Of a stretch of 64,000 bases of DNA, positions 23,996 to 36,577 are shown piece after piece. This stretch comes from Nemertoderma westbladi (Eukaryota; Animalia; Xenacoelomorpha): contig JAUCBJ010002643.1 of the NCBI GenBank assembly GCA_032718475.1, positions 16,636-80,635 of the forward strand. Reading direction: 5' to 3'. The position numbers and the translations under genes are program-made. The notes beneath the pieces were generated by a model, which was not told where the DNA came from, did not search any database, and was given only the letters and a program-made list of their open reading frames with translations. How positions within the stretch are numbered: position 1 is the first letter of the stretch; each line of letters opens with the position of its first letter.

Positions 23996-24156
23996 GCTAT
24001 GGTATATGTGTAGTCTTTACCACCCTTGTACTCTAGCGACCTTCCAGAGAATTTGTTAGTTAGGTGTATAGTTGATTTGCATGCGTCTGGAACAGTTAGC
24101 ACTTTGGACGAAAAAGTGCACGTTAGCGTTTCAAGTGGTTTGCCGGTATACTGTAT

Positions 24157-24568
24157 GTGTACAGTAGGCGTGTGTAAGTGTACAGTATGCGTGTGTAAGT
24201 GTACAGCGGGGGGGGGCTTGTGTAAGTGTACAGTAGGCGTGTGTAAGTGTACAGTAGGCGTGTGTAAGTGTACAGTAGGCGTGTGTAGGTGTACAGTAGG
24301 CGTGTGTAAGTGTACAGTAGGCGTGTGTAAGTGTACAGTAGGCGTGTGTAAGTGTACAGTAGGCGTGTGTAAGTGTACAGTAGGCGTGTGTAAGTGTACA
24401 GTAGGCGTGTGTAAGTGTACAGTAGGTGTGTGTAAGTGTACAGTAGGCGTGTGTAAGTGTACAGTAGGCGTGTGTAATTGTACAGTAGGCGTGTGTAAGT
24501 GTACAGTAGGCGTGTGTAAGTGTACAGTAGGCGTGTGTAAGTGTACAATAGGCGTGTGTAAGTGTAGG
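24157..24568. repeat. 21-bp minisatellite (GTGTACAGTAGGCGTGTGTAA)n, ~19 copies
   Basis: Directly visible; produces the HLHTPTV/CKCTVGV pseudo-ORFs. Confidence 0.95.
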
Positions 24569-24689
24569 CATAGCGTTAAAGGCTTTTTTTGAGCTTTTTT
24601 CAACTTTTTTTAGTTAAAACAATTTCTAGAAATTAATTGCTTCAAGATGAATCTGCGAATTTTCGAATACTAAAACCTACACTATTGAA

Positions 24690-24858
24690 TAAAGCTAAAA
24701 AAACACTTGAAAAAAAGCTCAAAAAAAGCTAGAAAAAAAGCTCAAAAAAAGCTAGAAAAAAAGCTCAAAAAAAAGCTAAAAAAAAGCTTGAAAAAGCTAG
24801 AAAAAAAGCTCAAAAAAAGCTTGAAACAAAACGAAAAAAAAAGCTCAATAAAAAGCTG
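24690..24858. repeat. Low-complexity (AAAAAAAGCT)n array with a short inverted copy at 24581-24612
   Basis: Directly visible A-tract/AGCT units. Confidence 0.75.
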
Positions 24859-25945
24859 GGTCGAATTTGAAAATATTACGGTAGTTTGAACGCGGCCTAA
24901 GCATATCATTAATTTCTGAATATAATGAACTCAATACAGTGAATTTTGTTAATTTTAATTAGCTATTAAAAAAATACTAGCTAAACCCCCCCCCCCCCCC
25001 CCCCCCCAAACCCATCTTGCCAGCAACGATTGAAAATTAGGGTTGCAACAATATTAATATACCAATATGAAACAAATTCTAAATAAAATTAGAAAAAAAT
25101 TGTATATTTTTTGAACTGTTCTAGAACATCAACTACGTTCTAGAACTTTTTTTTTCTAGTTCTGGATAGCTAACATGTTCTAGAACATTATTTAAAAAAA
25201 TTAAAATGGTACATTAATTTTTTTAATTCTTTTTTAAATTGTTCTAGAACAAAAAATATTTTTTCTAGAACATATATTTTTTATTTAATAGCTAACATGT
25301 TCTAGAACATGTTCATAAAAAGAAATTGCAAAAACTAGCTAGTAGAAAAATTTGAGGGGGGGGGGGGGGTGTACCTATAACACACTAGTGCCTGTTCTAG
25401 AACATCCCGTAGTAAAAATATATTGATTTTTCATGCTAGCTATTATTCTTGGTCTTGCTAGCAAAAATTATTTTATTATTGAATTATTTTATTATTGAAT
25501 TATTATTATTATTTAAATTATTTATTATTATTTAAAGTCGTGGGTTTTGTTTTGTGAGAAACAACACTTAACTTAAACTAAGTGGCCATTCAACAAAGTG
25601 GGCATTTAAAATTATTACAGTATTAAGTGGCCATTTATGCATTTTAGGATAAGTGGGCACTTAGTTTGAGAAATCGGGGCAATATCTTTTAACACTCTTT
25701 GCTCTTGACATATCATTTTAGTACCGTTATATATGATTCTGTACCGGTAGGCCTACAAGTACCACTGTAGCGTAAGCTTAGCTTACATATTAAACTACTG
25801 ACTGACTGAACTAACATGATTGCATAATAAATACCAGAAAACTGGAATACAGTAATACAGTCAGGCCGTACTGCAGTAATGACAGATTACTGGATTAGTT
25901 GGCCTTGACAGGACAGGAGTACAGGACAGGAGTAGCCATTTAAAC

Positions 25946-26550
25946 ATGGAAGAACTTTTATACAGACTTTGGTACACCTGGTTGACATGGAATTTGTGTC
26001 TATCAGTGTTGATTGTGGTACCGGCGTGTTTCGGCCTCCACGTTGGTCTTCGATTCGTCTACATCCACATTCTCCGTCTCGTGTTCTACTTCGGAAGACA
26101 AACTATCGCTAAACGAAAGTACTCCAAAAAGGATAGCGACTCAGAACAGCACGAGTTACCAAACTTAATCGAAAAGCAAATTCCCACAAACATTCGCCAA
26201 GCAATCGAGAAGATGTACAATGCACCTTTCGAAGAAATCGAACACGAATTCCATTTGGTTGACTCCGCGCTCTTCATAAAAGCAGGTATCGAATCGATTG
26301 TTGAAGACGAAGTAACGAAACGTTTTTCTGCTGCGGAACTTAACGGATGGAACTTACTGACTCGAACTAACCAGCACTACAGACACATCAGCTGGAGACT
26401 AACACTCCTCTATTTTATCGGTATGTTCATCCGATACTTCCTTCTTGTTCCTCTCCGTATCAACATCTTCCTTATCGGTTTCGTCTTCACCTTGTTAGGG
26501 AACTTCTTTTGTTCTCTTCTACCCATTGGTCGACGAACCTCCATACAAAG
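25946..26550 (+). CDS. Gpat4: Glycerol-3-phosphate acyltransferase 3/4 (AGPAT6/9 family), exon 1
   Basis: AGIESIVEDEVTKRFSAAELNGWNLLTRTN and hydrophobic segments typical of GPAT3/4; phase-2 donor AAG|GTAACA. Confidence 0.92.
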
Positions 26551-27288
26551 GTAACATTTTAAGAAGTAACATTGTGGTAGTTTTTTCTGAAGAACATGTA
26601 CCTACTTATTTAGTCCGTTTTAAAGTCTGAAAGTTGTTGTATATGTAATGTCTAAGTGTGTTAACCTACATCTTTCATTTTTGCATTTAGTATTGTAAGA
26701 CATGAAGGTAGAAGGAAACAGTAATTTTTTTGACCAATAGAATATTAGAAGTCGAAATCACCATGTTTGCGTGATCAAACATGGTGGGAATTTTGAAATC
26801 GCAAACATCTACCGGTCCTCGTTGAGCTATTATTAAAGAGAGACAGCTCGATGTTACCGGTAACGTTCTGACGCTATTCTGTTATTATTATTAAAAAAAT
26901 ATTTTCATTATTTACTTCGATGGAAATTTCAACATTTCATTGTTTTCTTCATAATCTAGCAAAATGTTAGAACTACTGGACTAGGCTAATACAGTAATCA
27001 GGTAATAGAGAGAGACGCGAAAACAATCATTTAATTTTTACTCAGCTAACTTTAAGTTTTACTCCATGGTAAACTCACTTCCAAGTCCAACCACAGGCAT
27101 TACAATTTTCGAATCAAGAGATTTCAATCACTTTTTTGAGGCAATTTTCATAACTGCACCTGTAATAATTGCAAATATAATCTCAGCTAAATTTCAGTCG
27201 GAGTTGCTTTAATATGCAAGTCGGCCATCGTAAGTGAGAAGTTCCGGTACGTATTCTCAAATTACCATATTTTCAAACTGTCCAATAG

Positions 27289-27430
27289 GTTCGTTAGTTT
27301 GACGAGTTATCGGATTTTGGTTCGCGCGATGACAGCTGTTGTTCGCTTCCACAATCCGGAGAACCGTGCCACCCAGGCTGGAATTACGGTAGCCAATCAC
27401 ACGTCCCCTATAGACGTCGCCATCCTCCAG
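27289..27430 (+). CDS. Gpat4: GPAT3/4 exon 2 (catalytic HX4D motif)
   Basis: Acceptor TCCAATAG|G restores Arg; translates FVSLTSYRILVRAMTAVVRFHNPENRATQAGITVANHTSPIDVAILQ; phase-0 donor CAG|GTACGG. Not in the ORF track. Confidence 0.92.
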
Positions 27431-27988
27431 GTACGGTAGCCAATCACACGTCGCCTATAGACGTTGCCATTCTCCAGGTACGGTAGCCAATCACACGGCA
27501 AAAATCCTCCAGGTACGGTAGCCAATCACACGGCGCCATCCTCCAGGTACGGTAGCCAATCACACGGCGCCATCCTCCAGGTACTGTAGCCAATCACACG
27601 GCGCCATCCTCCAGGTACGGTAGCCAATCACACGGCGCCAACCTCCAGGTACGGTAGCCAATCACACCTCGCCATCCTCCAGGTACGGTAGCCAATCACA
27701 CGGCGCCATCCTCCAGGTACGGTAGCCAATCACACATCGCCATCCTTCAGGTACGGTAGCCAATCACACGGCGCCATCCTCCAGGTACGGTAGCCAATCA
27801 CACGGCGCCATCCTCCAGGTACGGTAGCCAATCACACGCCGCCATCCTCCAGGTACGGTATCCAATCACACGGCGCCATCCTCCAGGTACGGTAGCCAAT
27901 CACACGGCGCCATCCTCCAGGTACGGTATCCAATCACACGTCGCCATCCTCCAGGTACGGTAGCCAATCACACGTCGCCATCCTCCAG
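27431..27988 (+). repeat. Exon-end/splice-donor minisatellite of GPAT intron 2, segment 1 (~16 units, 34 bp)
   Basis: Unit GTACGGTAGCCAATCACACG(G/T)CGCCATCCTCCAG derives from 27385-27431; the first unit is the full 47-bp duplicate. Confidence 0.95.
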
Positions 27989-28394
27989 GTGGTAATGATC
28001 CTAAATTCGTCAACACTGGGGTCAATTTTTTTTGAAGAGCTAACAAATATCCGAGTTTATTTTTGTAGCAACACATTGTTATATTTTATGGATTCGATAG
28101 TGATTAATCGAGTACTGGTACCGTTTTTGAAAAATTCAACTCTAAAGATGAGATTGGCAAGAAATTATCGTGATGGGACGGAATCGTATTTTCTGGAAAA
28201 TCCCAGTCTTGAAGATAATAATTTTAATTCAATGTTATGTTACCTAGGTACACTAATAAGTTGTACATTGTGGTGTATACTGTTTGAAACAATTTCATTG
28301 TATAGTTGGTTGTAAATTATAAATCAAAGTGTCATTTTCCGTCCGTCACTATTTGGTTAAAAAAAAAAAAAAAAATGTAGTATATATTCAGGAA

Positions 28395-28755
28395 TAATAA
28401 TAAATATAAATTCCCATAAGCAAAGTATAGCATATAGGTAAGTATTAGGGGTCTACACTGGCTTAATATTATAATACAACGCTGAATTTGGTGAACGTTT
28501 TCGTCCTACCGGGCTACGTCAGATCTATTATATTAATAAAGTATAATGGAGTAATTAAATTCAATTCGAAATTCCCGCCACCTAAATAAAGCACTAATAG
28601 AATAGATAGTTCTAAGTAAGTCCTGTATGTAATATTATATAAACAAAGTCAAAAACAAAGTCAAAAAACAAAAGTCTCCAGAATAAAATAGATTTTTATC
28701 CAAACTTACATAACGTAAAAAGCTAATCCTGTCTCTAAGTAACTCTCGTACTATT

Positions 28756-28794
<39 letters not shown>

Positions 28795-29767
28795 CCAAAA
28801 CGCTCAGTTTCTACTCAGTATAATAAGTAAGGTAATATACAGTAAAACACACATTAGCGACCCCCATATGTGTAATATCCATTCCCTCCAAAACCCAAAT
28901 TCCAAAATTCCCCCATACATATATAGTCCAAAGGTAGTGAAACATAAGACAGCTCAAAGCGATCCTTAGTTAATTAAGATAAAACTATAGCATCTACTGT
29001 ATAGATTATAGTTAGGTTAATGAATAAGTGCGCTGTGAGTAATAAGTGAATAATGAAAATATGCGCGCGTGAAAATATTATTCACTTATTACTCACAGCG
29101 CACTTATTCATTAACCTAACTATAATCTATACAGTAGATGCTATAGTTTTATCTTAATTAACTAAGGATCGCTTTGAGCTGTTTTATGTTTCACTACTGT
29201 TGGACTATATATGTATGGGGGAATTTGGGTTTTGGAGGGAATGGATATTACACATATGGGGGTCGCTAATGTGTGTTTTACTGTATATTACCTTACTTAT
29301 TATACTGAGTAGAAACTGAGCGTTTTGGGGTTTTTGGTTTTTTTTTTTTTTTTTTTTATAATAATAATACGAGAGTTACTTAGAGACAGGATTAGCTTTT
29401 TACGTTATGTAAGTTTGGATAAAAATCTATTTTATTCTGGAGACTTTTGTTTTTTGACTTTGTTTTTGACTTTGTTTATATAATATTACATACAGGACTT
29501 ACTTAGAACTATCTATTCTATTAGTGCTTTATTTAGGTGGCGGGAATTTCGAATTGAATTTAATTACTCCATTATACTTTATTAATATAATAGGTCTGAC
29601 GTAGCCCAGTAGGGCGAAAACGTTCACCAAATTCAGCGTTGCATTATAATATTAAGCCAGTGTAGACCCCTAATACTTACCTATATGCTATACTTTGCTT
29701 ATGGGAATTTATATTTATTATTATTTAATGGAACCACTGGCAATAGCCTACCGCTTTATATCTAATT
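28395..29767. mobile_element. Penelope-like element remnant: inverted pseudo-LTR pair with 3' extension
   Basis: ~650-bp near-perfect inverted arms (28393-29054 / 29077-29725), 22-nt spacer, ~40-nt unpaired extension, 12-bp TSD TATATTCAGGAA (28383-28394, 29768-29779), hammerhead-like motif in each arm. Confidence 0.7.
29592..29630 (+). ncRNA. Candidate minimal type-I hammerhead ribozyme variant (mirror copy on - strand ~28488-28526)
   Basis: GGT-CTGACGTA-GCCC-AGTA-GGGC-GAAA-ACGT-TC-ACC: stem II GCCC/GGGC, palindromic stem III, stem I GGT/ACC; core deviates from CUGANGA. Confidence 0.5.
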
Positions 29768-30173
29768 TATATTCAGGAAGTTAGAGCCTCAATGGCTAAG
29801 TAGTTTTGGACTGGACCCTGCATAAAATGTTCGTGACGGGACGTAATTTTATATTATTTCCGTCCCGTCACGGGCGACGAGTTCGTGGCATTCCTATTTT
29901 ACTTAATATATTTTACTAGTCAATGGAGCAACGATGTCTGTGAGCATTGAGAGAAGTTAACATACAGTTTTAGTACGGGAAATATTTACCTTGTCCATCT
30001 GTATGTCTGTCTGTCCGTATGTCTGGATCAATTTTTGAATGTCAACATATCTCAGCAAAATCAACAACTAGGTAGGCCAAATTAAATTAAATTTTGTAGG
30101 CCTACAGTAGGTTTGTAATAAGCATTGGATCACAGGATGTTTGTACTTTGTTGTTGTTGTTGGCGGCGGAGGT

Positions 30174-30355
30174 AGTGCTGAGAAATGAAACATAATTTGA
30201 CTAGTTTCAGTTCGAATAAACCTGTTTATTAGTATTATAGTTCCAATTTCCCAAAAAATGGATTCAGTTTCGGTTCTAGTTTCAGTTTGAATGAGGCTAT
30301 TTATTTAGGTTCCAGTTTCAGTTCCCAAAAAAAAATAGTTTCAGTTCACAGCACT
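30174..30355. mobile_element. Small MITE nested in the TIR element
   Basis: Imperfect TIR AGTGCTGAGAAATGAAAC / GTTTCAGTTCACAGCACT with internal GTTTCAGTT repeats. Confidence 0.5.
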
Positions 30356-30985
30356 CGGTGGATGCTGTAGTGTAGTGGTGAGGGTGTTATACTGTTATAT
30401 ATAAGTTTTGGCTACTTGATTGGCTTTTAATTGAGCACCACGTCAATAAAAGCAGCTGAATTATCTATGGTAATAAATTGCTAACCTAAATAATTTTCAA
30501 ATAAACTAAACATCAAAACTACAAAATATGAATAATATTGATGGCCTTTCATCACCTTGTCATTTTTTCCGCCCCGTCACATTCCGTCCCGTCACGCGAG
30601 TGAATGTTTTCTAAATGACTATATTTTTTAGAATATGATTGGAAATTAGGATCATTTTTATTTTTTGGATAAAGTATATGGCTATTATTCAAATGAGAAA
30701 GGGACAGAAGATTAGAGTCAGACAATTCACAAGAATATTGAATTAAACTTTTGACAAACTATTACTCATGTTTTGTTATTCCGTCCCGTCACATTTTCGT
30801 TTTTTACTTTTAGACAACATAGCAACCAACTTTAGAATTTTATACTGGTCATTATAACTAGGCATCAATGGGTGCTACTAATATATGACATAATAATATT
30901 ATTCCATATCACAAGACAGATAATGTGGGGTATAATGTTTCTGAATTTCCATCCCGTCACAAAACACGAATTTAGGATCATTACC

Positions 30986-31604
30986 AGGTACGGTAGCCAA
31001 TCACACGTCGCCATCCTCCAGGTACGGTAGCCAATCACGCGTCGCCATCCTCCAGGTTCGGTAGCCAATCACACGGCGCCATCCTCCAGGTACGGTAGCC
31101 AATCACGCGTCGCCATCCTCCAGGTACGGTAGCCAATCACGCGTCGCCATCCTCCACGTACGGTAGCCATTCACACGTCGCCATCCTCCAGGTACGGTAG
31201 CCAATCACGCGTCGCCATCCTCCAGGTACGGTAGCCAATCACACGGCGCCATCCTCCAGGTACGGTAGCCAATCACGCGTCGCCATCCTCCACGTACGGT
31301 AGCCATTCACACGTCGCCATCCACCAGGTACGGTAGCCAATCACGCGTCGCCATCCTCCACGTACGGTAGCCATTCACACGTCGCCATCCACCAGGTACG
31401 GTAGCCAATCACGCGTCGCCATCCTCCAGGTATGGTAGCCAATCACACGGCGCCATCCTCCAGGTACGGTAGCCAATCACGCATCGCCATCCTCCACGTA
31501 CGGTAGCCAATCACGCGTCGCCATCCTCCACGTACGGTAGCCATTCACACGTCGCCATCCACCAGGTACGGTAGCCAATCACGCGTCGCCATCCTCCACG
31601 TACG
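30986..31604 (+). repeat. GPAT donor minisatellite, segment 2 (~18 units)
   Basis: Same 34-bp unit, including CCAC|GTACGG and CCACCAG variants. Confidence 0.95.
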
Positions 31605-34600
31605 TGTTGATCAGTATAATACACATTTATAAATCTATTAATATTCTCGCTGTACTGCTATAATAATACAAGGCCGCCATATAATTATATATTAAATAAT
31701 GCAATACACTCAGGCCTATACCGGTACACCAAACAACACAGTACTATCCCATCACCCGGCGAGTCTCTATCTCAGTGCCTATCTAACAGATTCACCCTCT
31801 TTATTAAGAATGAAATGGAATAAACTAAGTGGTTATAGTTAAGAAAGCGGTAATGCTTCGATTATGCCCATGTTAATAATGTCCATCAGTTTCCGAGAAC
31901 ATACCCCACGTTTGGTTAGTGAATCAGCCAACTGTTCACCTGATCTAACATACTCAACACGATCGAGTTCTTTGTTCTCTAGCGATTCCTTTATTGATGC
32001 GATATCAATTCGCAAGCGTTTTTCGTTCACTGCAATTGTTGAATGAATAGATGTGTGGAGATTGCGGCTATCAGTGTAAGCAATGACAGGTACCTTTATC
32101 TTCAGAATATCAAAGATAAGAGCCGCAATGAAATGAACCTCTTCTAAGCCATCAACCAAAGCGAGACCCTCAGCTGCAAGAGTACTCTTCACAACTCTCC
32201 TGATTTTCTTCGACCCCCAAGCCAGTGTGGAACACTTGTTATTTTCTCCAACTAGGAAAACAACAAAACCCTCAGCACTGGATACTCCATCCAGTAAATT
32301 TCCGTGAGATGCATCACTATACAACACCAACCTGAAGGTTGCAGGATCCCCAAGTGCTGGAAATTTTATAGCAACATTATCATTCTTCAGTTTTTTAATC
32401 ATTTTATTTGCCTTACATAGATGATTGCCATCGGCGTGATTTGCAGCCATGCTAAGTTCTAGAACATCGAATGACAAATCTGGCCTGGTTTGATTAGCAG
32501 CCCAACTAATTTGTCCGACAGTTGATTTTAATAGTGAAATTGACTTTGGACTGAGGAAAGAGTTATACCCACTAGTCGGAATAACAAGTAGCTGCAAACT
32601 GTCGATATATTCACATTGATCAATCGTTATTATCATTGGTTTCTGTTTTAAGTTAAGACCAACGTATTTCACATTTCCACCTGCGAACTTCCCAGCAATA
32701 AATGTATTGGTCATTGGTGTGATTACTCCATCATCAAACTTCTTCGCACCAGCATATAAAAAATCGTCCACATGTAGTAGGAACATACCACTAAGAATCC
32801 CCTGATTGTACCACATAAACAAAGCATTGTCGTACTTACATATCGTGCAACCTAAACGTTCTAGTTCATATTTGACACTAAAATACCAATTTCTAGCAGC
32901 ATCATTTAAACCATAGACCACTTTCTTCAACTTCCATATAATACCTTCCTTGATTAAATCTACTGGTGGCCTCAAAAATATATCCCGAGAGATCCTTTTA
33001 CCCTGTAGGAAAGCTGATCGAATGTCGATAGATTTAACACTCCAATCAAACGTGGCACAAAATGTCAAAAATATTCGCATTGTACTTTTATTTACTGTAG
33101 GAGAATCGGATTGTATCCCACTATGTTCCTCAAACCCTCTGGCTACCAGACGAGCTTTCACCTTCTTTTCTTCATTTTGAACTTTCTCAGTGATGACCCA
33201 TGTAGTGGAAATAGTCGATTGTCCCTTATCCCAAACTTCCTCAAAGACATCAAAATCTATCCAATTTTTGAATTCTTTCTCCTTTGCCAAAACAACCTCT
33301 TTTCATCGTGTCGATTTTTTGGTATCATAACAATGCCCACTGTCTCCTCATGAATGTTTTCAACATCAGATGGGTCGTTTGTAATATTCTGCCATTCTTT
33401 TATGGCAGATAAATCAATAGAAAACGGATCATCGTCATTGGCTGACTTGACATTAAACCAAGATCCATATTTGCCGGATTTTTTACCAGCCCTGCCAGTG
33501 ACAGTGCCTGTATCCCATGGAGATGTATCGGTGAGTCTATATTTAATAACTTCACCTTTCTTAGGAAGCATGGATAATTTTATGTCTTTTTTCCGTGCAT
33601 CAGTTATTGGCCTGTTCATATCTTGTATTCCATTGTCGACATCAAGATCCTTTAAATGATCTTCTTGAATAATATCGTCCATTGGTGTGGTCATATGATC
33701 TTCATCATCCTCTGCAGTGCCATCGTTGGTAATACCATGGCCTACATTGAGGTAATCCTCTTTATTAGATTCGATAAATTCCTTTCCCACTTTTATTATT
33801 CTGTTCAGTGAAACTCGGACATACACACTCCCATGTCTAACAAATATTACTTTTCCATCCTGGCCAATCACAACACCTGGCCCATGCCATCTATTACCAT
33901 CGTCCCGTTTGTAATATACTTTTTCACCTGTTTGAAAATTCTCATTAGCTGCCCGTATTTTATGACGTAAGGCACGTCTAACCCGCTCCGATGCTTCAGA
34001 CTTCAAAAACGCCGATCTTGCAGAGTGTAAAGATGTTAAATGCTTAGCGAATACTTCACTTATTGTTTGACCTTCAAGGGCAGGAAGATTATTTGTTAAT
34101 GTAGATGGTAATGTAGGGTTCTGTCCAAACACTAATTGGTATGGTGAAAACCCCGATACGTTTTGCAGCGCATTTTTTGCATTCACTGCCCAAATCAATG
34201 CAACTTCCAACTTGACTTTTGGATTATCCTCTAATATTTTTTCTACTGAAACATCAATTACTGTGTGATTCCTCTCACACAAACCGTTTTGCCATGGACT
34301 TTGTGCTGCAGTATTTAAAACCTCAATATTTAAGTTCTCGCATATATCCCGATATTTTTCATTTGCAAATTCTCCACCGTTGTCCGCGAGAAATTTTTTA
34401 GGAGTACCAAAACCAGAACCGATCCACATGCTCATAATCTTATCAATTATCACGTCAGGTTTTTTTTGATGTAATAACACATGATAAACAAAATCTAGTA
34501 AACATATCTATCATATGTAAGAAATATATACCTGGTCTAAACTCCTTCAGGTCCATAGCAACTGCTTCATTGAATCTCTTGGCCAAAGGTAAACAAACAA

Positions 34601-36577
34601 TAGAACGAGGGGCAGTCTTGCTAAATTTCAAACACACTTCACACCTCTTCTCGAGTTCCTCAATCACTTCCTGACATTCAGAATCCCACGCTCCAGCATC
34701 CTGCAATAACGCTCGAAGTTTCTTACTGGATGGGTGTGCGAATTGTTTGTGTAGTTTCACAATAACATCCTTATTTTCCTTCTTTGTGCGTTCTGTTAAT
34801 GCCACCAAACACATTCCTATTGAGATGGAGGATGCCTTCAATGGAATCGTGTAGTGACCTGATGTGGTACAATCTAGTGTTATATTGTGGCCGAATATGT
34901 TGGCCTGATCATTTTCTAAGTCCAGTTTGATGCGCGCTTTCTTCATTGCTGATTTACTCAATAAAAGTGGAATGTCACTTTCCACTACATCAGTCCGTAT
35001 CCTAATTTGTTCTCCAGCCATTATGCATGGAAACACAACCTCACGTAGTGACACCCGACGTTCTCCACCACCGAAACGGAAACACCGACCTCCAGGGTTT
35101 ATCTCCACCTTCAGTTTTTCATCTTCCGATAGCGAATTCAAATAACAATCCATCCAGACCTTTCCAGTTACCGTCGCACTGCACCCGCTATCTAAAACAG
35201 CAGCGTTCAATGACTCTCTGGCTAACAATCCCAATTCAGACTCGATTCCACCAGTAAATAGAACTAGATTGACTTCCTCGTCCTCTTCCTCAACTGTCCA
35301 CTCTTGTGTTGCCTCGTACACTCGCTCCATATTCTCATAGCTATCCACACAATCTCTCACCATATGACGAATTGAATCGCACGAACTGCATCGTAAAATA
35401 TTTCCATCCGATCCAGTCGGATTCAATCGTTTTCCATCTCTATGAGGTGTAAACTCTCTAATATCCTTCCTAGCGGCAGTTAAACCTCCACCACGATAAC
35501 CGGCACTCACCGAACTACCAGTAACGGTACCTCGGTTATAACCACTTCCATATCCATAGCTGTAACCACCACCTCTGTTAAAGCCTACTCCTCCTCCACG
35601 ATATCGACTTGGATTCGATCCTCTTGGATCGCTATAGCCCCCGCGTCCACGATATCCTCCATAACTACCAGTACCTGGACCTCGCCAGGGCGATCGACAT
35701 GAGTTAGCATAGAATGCTTCCTCATCCGTTATATTAATAGATTCGACTTTTATCGCAACATCCGGAACTCCAACGCTAGTTGTTGACATCGACTGTTTAC
35801 CGAAGAACTTACGTAACGATGCTTTCGTTTGTGTAAATAGTGAATCCTTCTCATTGTAGTTGACCGCTGTAAGCACTAATTGTCTTTCCTTGTGATCCAA
35901 CTTCGCAGCATCAAGCAACCTGAACGCAAGAACTGGTTGCGGCACTTCCATACCGCAAAATTTACTTTTATTGTATAATTTTTCGAATTCAATAATGAAC
36001 GTATCCATTGTTTGTTCACTGCCTTTCTTGTATCTATCAAACTGAGTATATTTTTCATATACCTCCGACAGTTCGTTCTTTTTAAACAAGCCATCCAGAA
36101 ACGTTATCAACCGATTTACCCCTTCATTCGCTTTCAGTTCATCTAAAGTAATTTCGCTAAACACTTTATCCCGAACCCCCGAGGGATCTTCTTCCGGTAA
36201 CGCTAGAGCAATTGCAACGCCTCGTTTTTCTTTCGCTAGATCAGTAACCTCACACCATGCATTTACTTCCTGTACGTAACGCTCGTACGGTTTACTTACA
36301 CTATTGAAATTCGGTGGATTTTTGTATGTTGACATCGCTACTTTTACATTTTCACTTATTCCGCCGAAAGTTTAAGTTCACGCTCTGCTACCATGTTGAT
36401 CAGTATAATACACCTTTATAAATCTATTAATATTCTCGCTGTACTGCTATAATAATACAAGGCCGCCATATAATTATATATTAAATAATGCAATACACTC
36501 AGGCCTATACCGGTACACCAAACAACACAGTACTATCCCATCACCCGGCGAGTCTCTATCTTAGTGCCTATCTAACA
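31605..36577 (-). mobile_element. Ty1/Copia LTR retrotransposon, GalEa-like, full length
   Basis: 184-bp TG...CA LTRs (31605-31788, 36394-36577; 2 differences seen), TSD GTACG, PBS TGGTAGCAGAGC (tRNA-iMet type) at 36382-36393, purine-rich PPT next to the 3' LTR, domain order PR-IN-RT-RH. Confidence 0.95.
31839..36335 (-). pseudogene. Copia gag-pol split by two frameshifts (~34465 and ~33285)
   Basis: Knuckle CSSCDSIRHMVRDC; protease VLDSGC; HHCC LHKQFAH..CEVC; integrase AMDL / ADNGGEF / NGLCER; RT KARLVARG, YGLNDA, HVDD; RNase H DASHG, ADSLTK. Confidence 0.92.

Larger units (their letters stand above)
27991..30985. mobile_element. Non-autonomous TIR DNA transposon (4-bp TSD; possibly Sola-like) with nested insertions
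   Basis: 20-bp perfect TIR GGTAATGATCCTAAATTCGT / ACGAATTTAGGATCATTACC; TSD AGGT at 27987-27990 and 30986-30989; internal CCGTCCCGTCAC sub-repeats; no transposase ORF. Superfamily uncertain. Confidence 0.8.

Noticed and set aside
23914-24603. His/Cys-rich repeat proteins on both strands
   Set aside because: Translations of a 21-bp minisatellite open in several frames.
24960-25420. Foldback element with GTTCTAGAAC palindromes and poly-C/poly-G tracts
   Set aside because: Repeated palindromes are visible but I could not define termini or a TSD.
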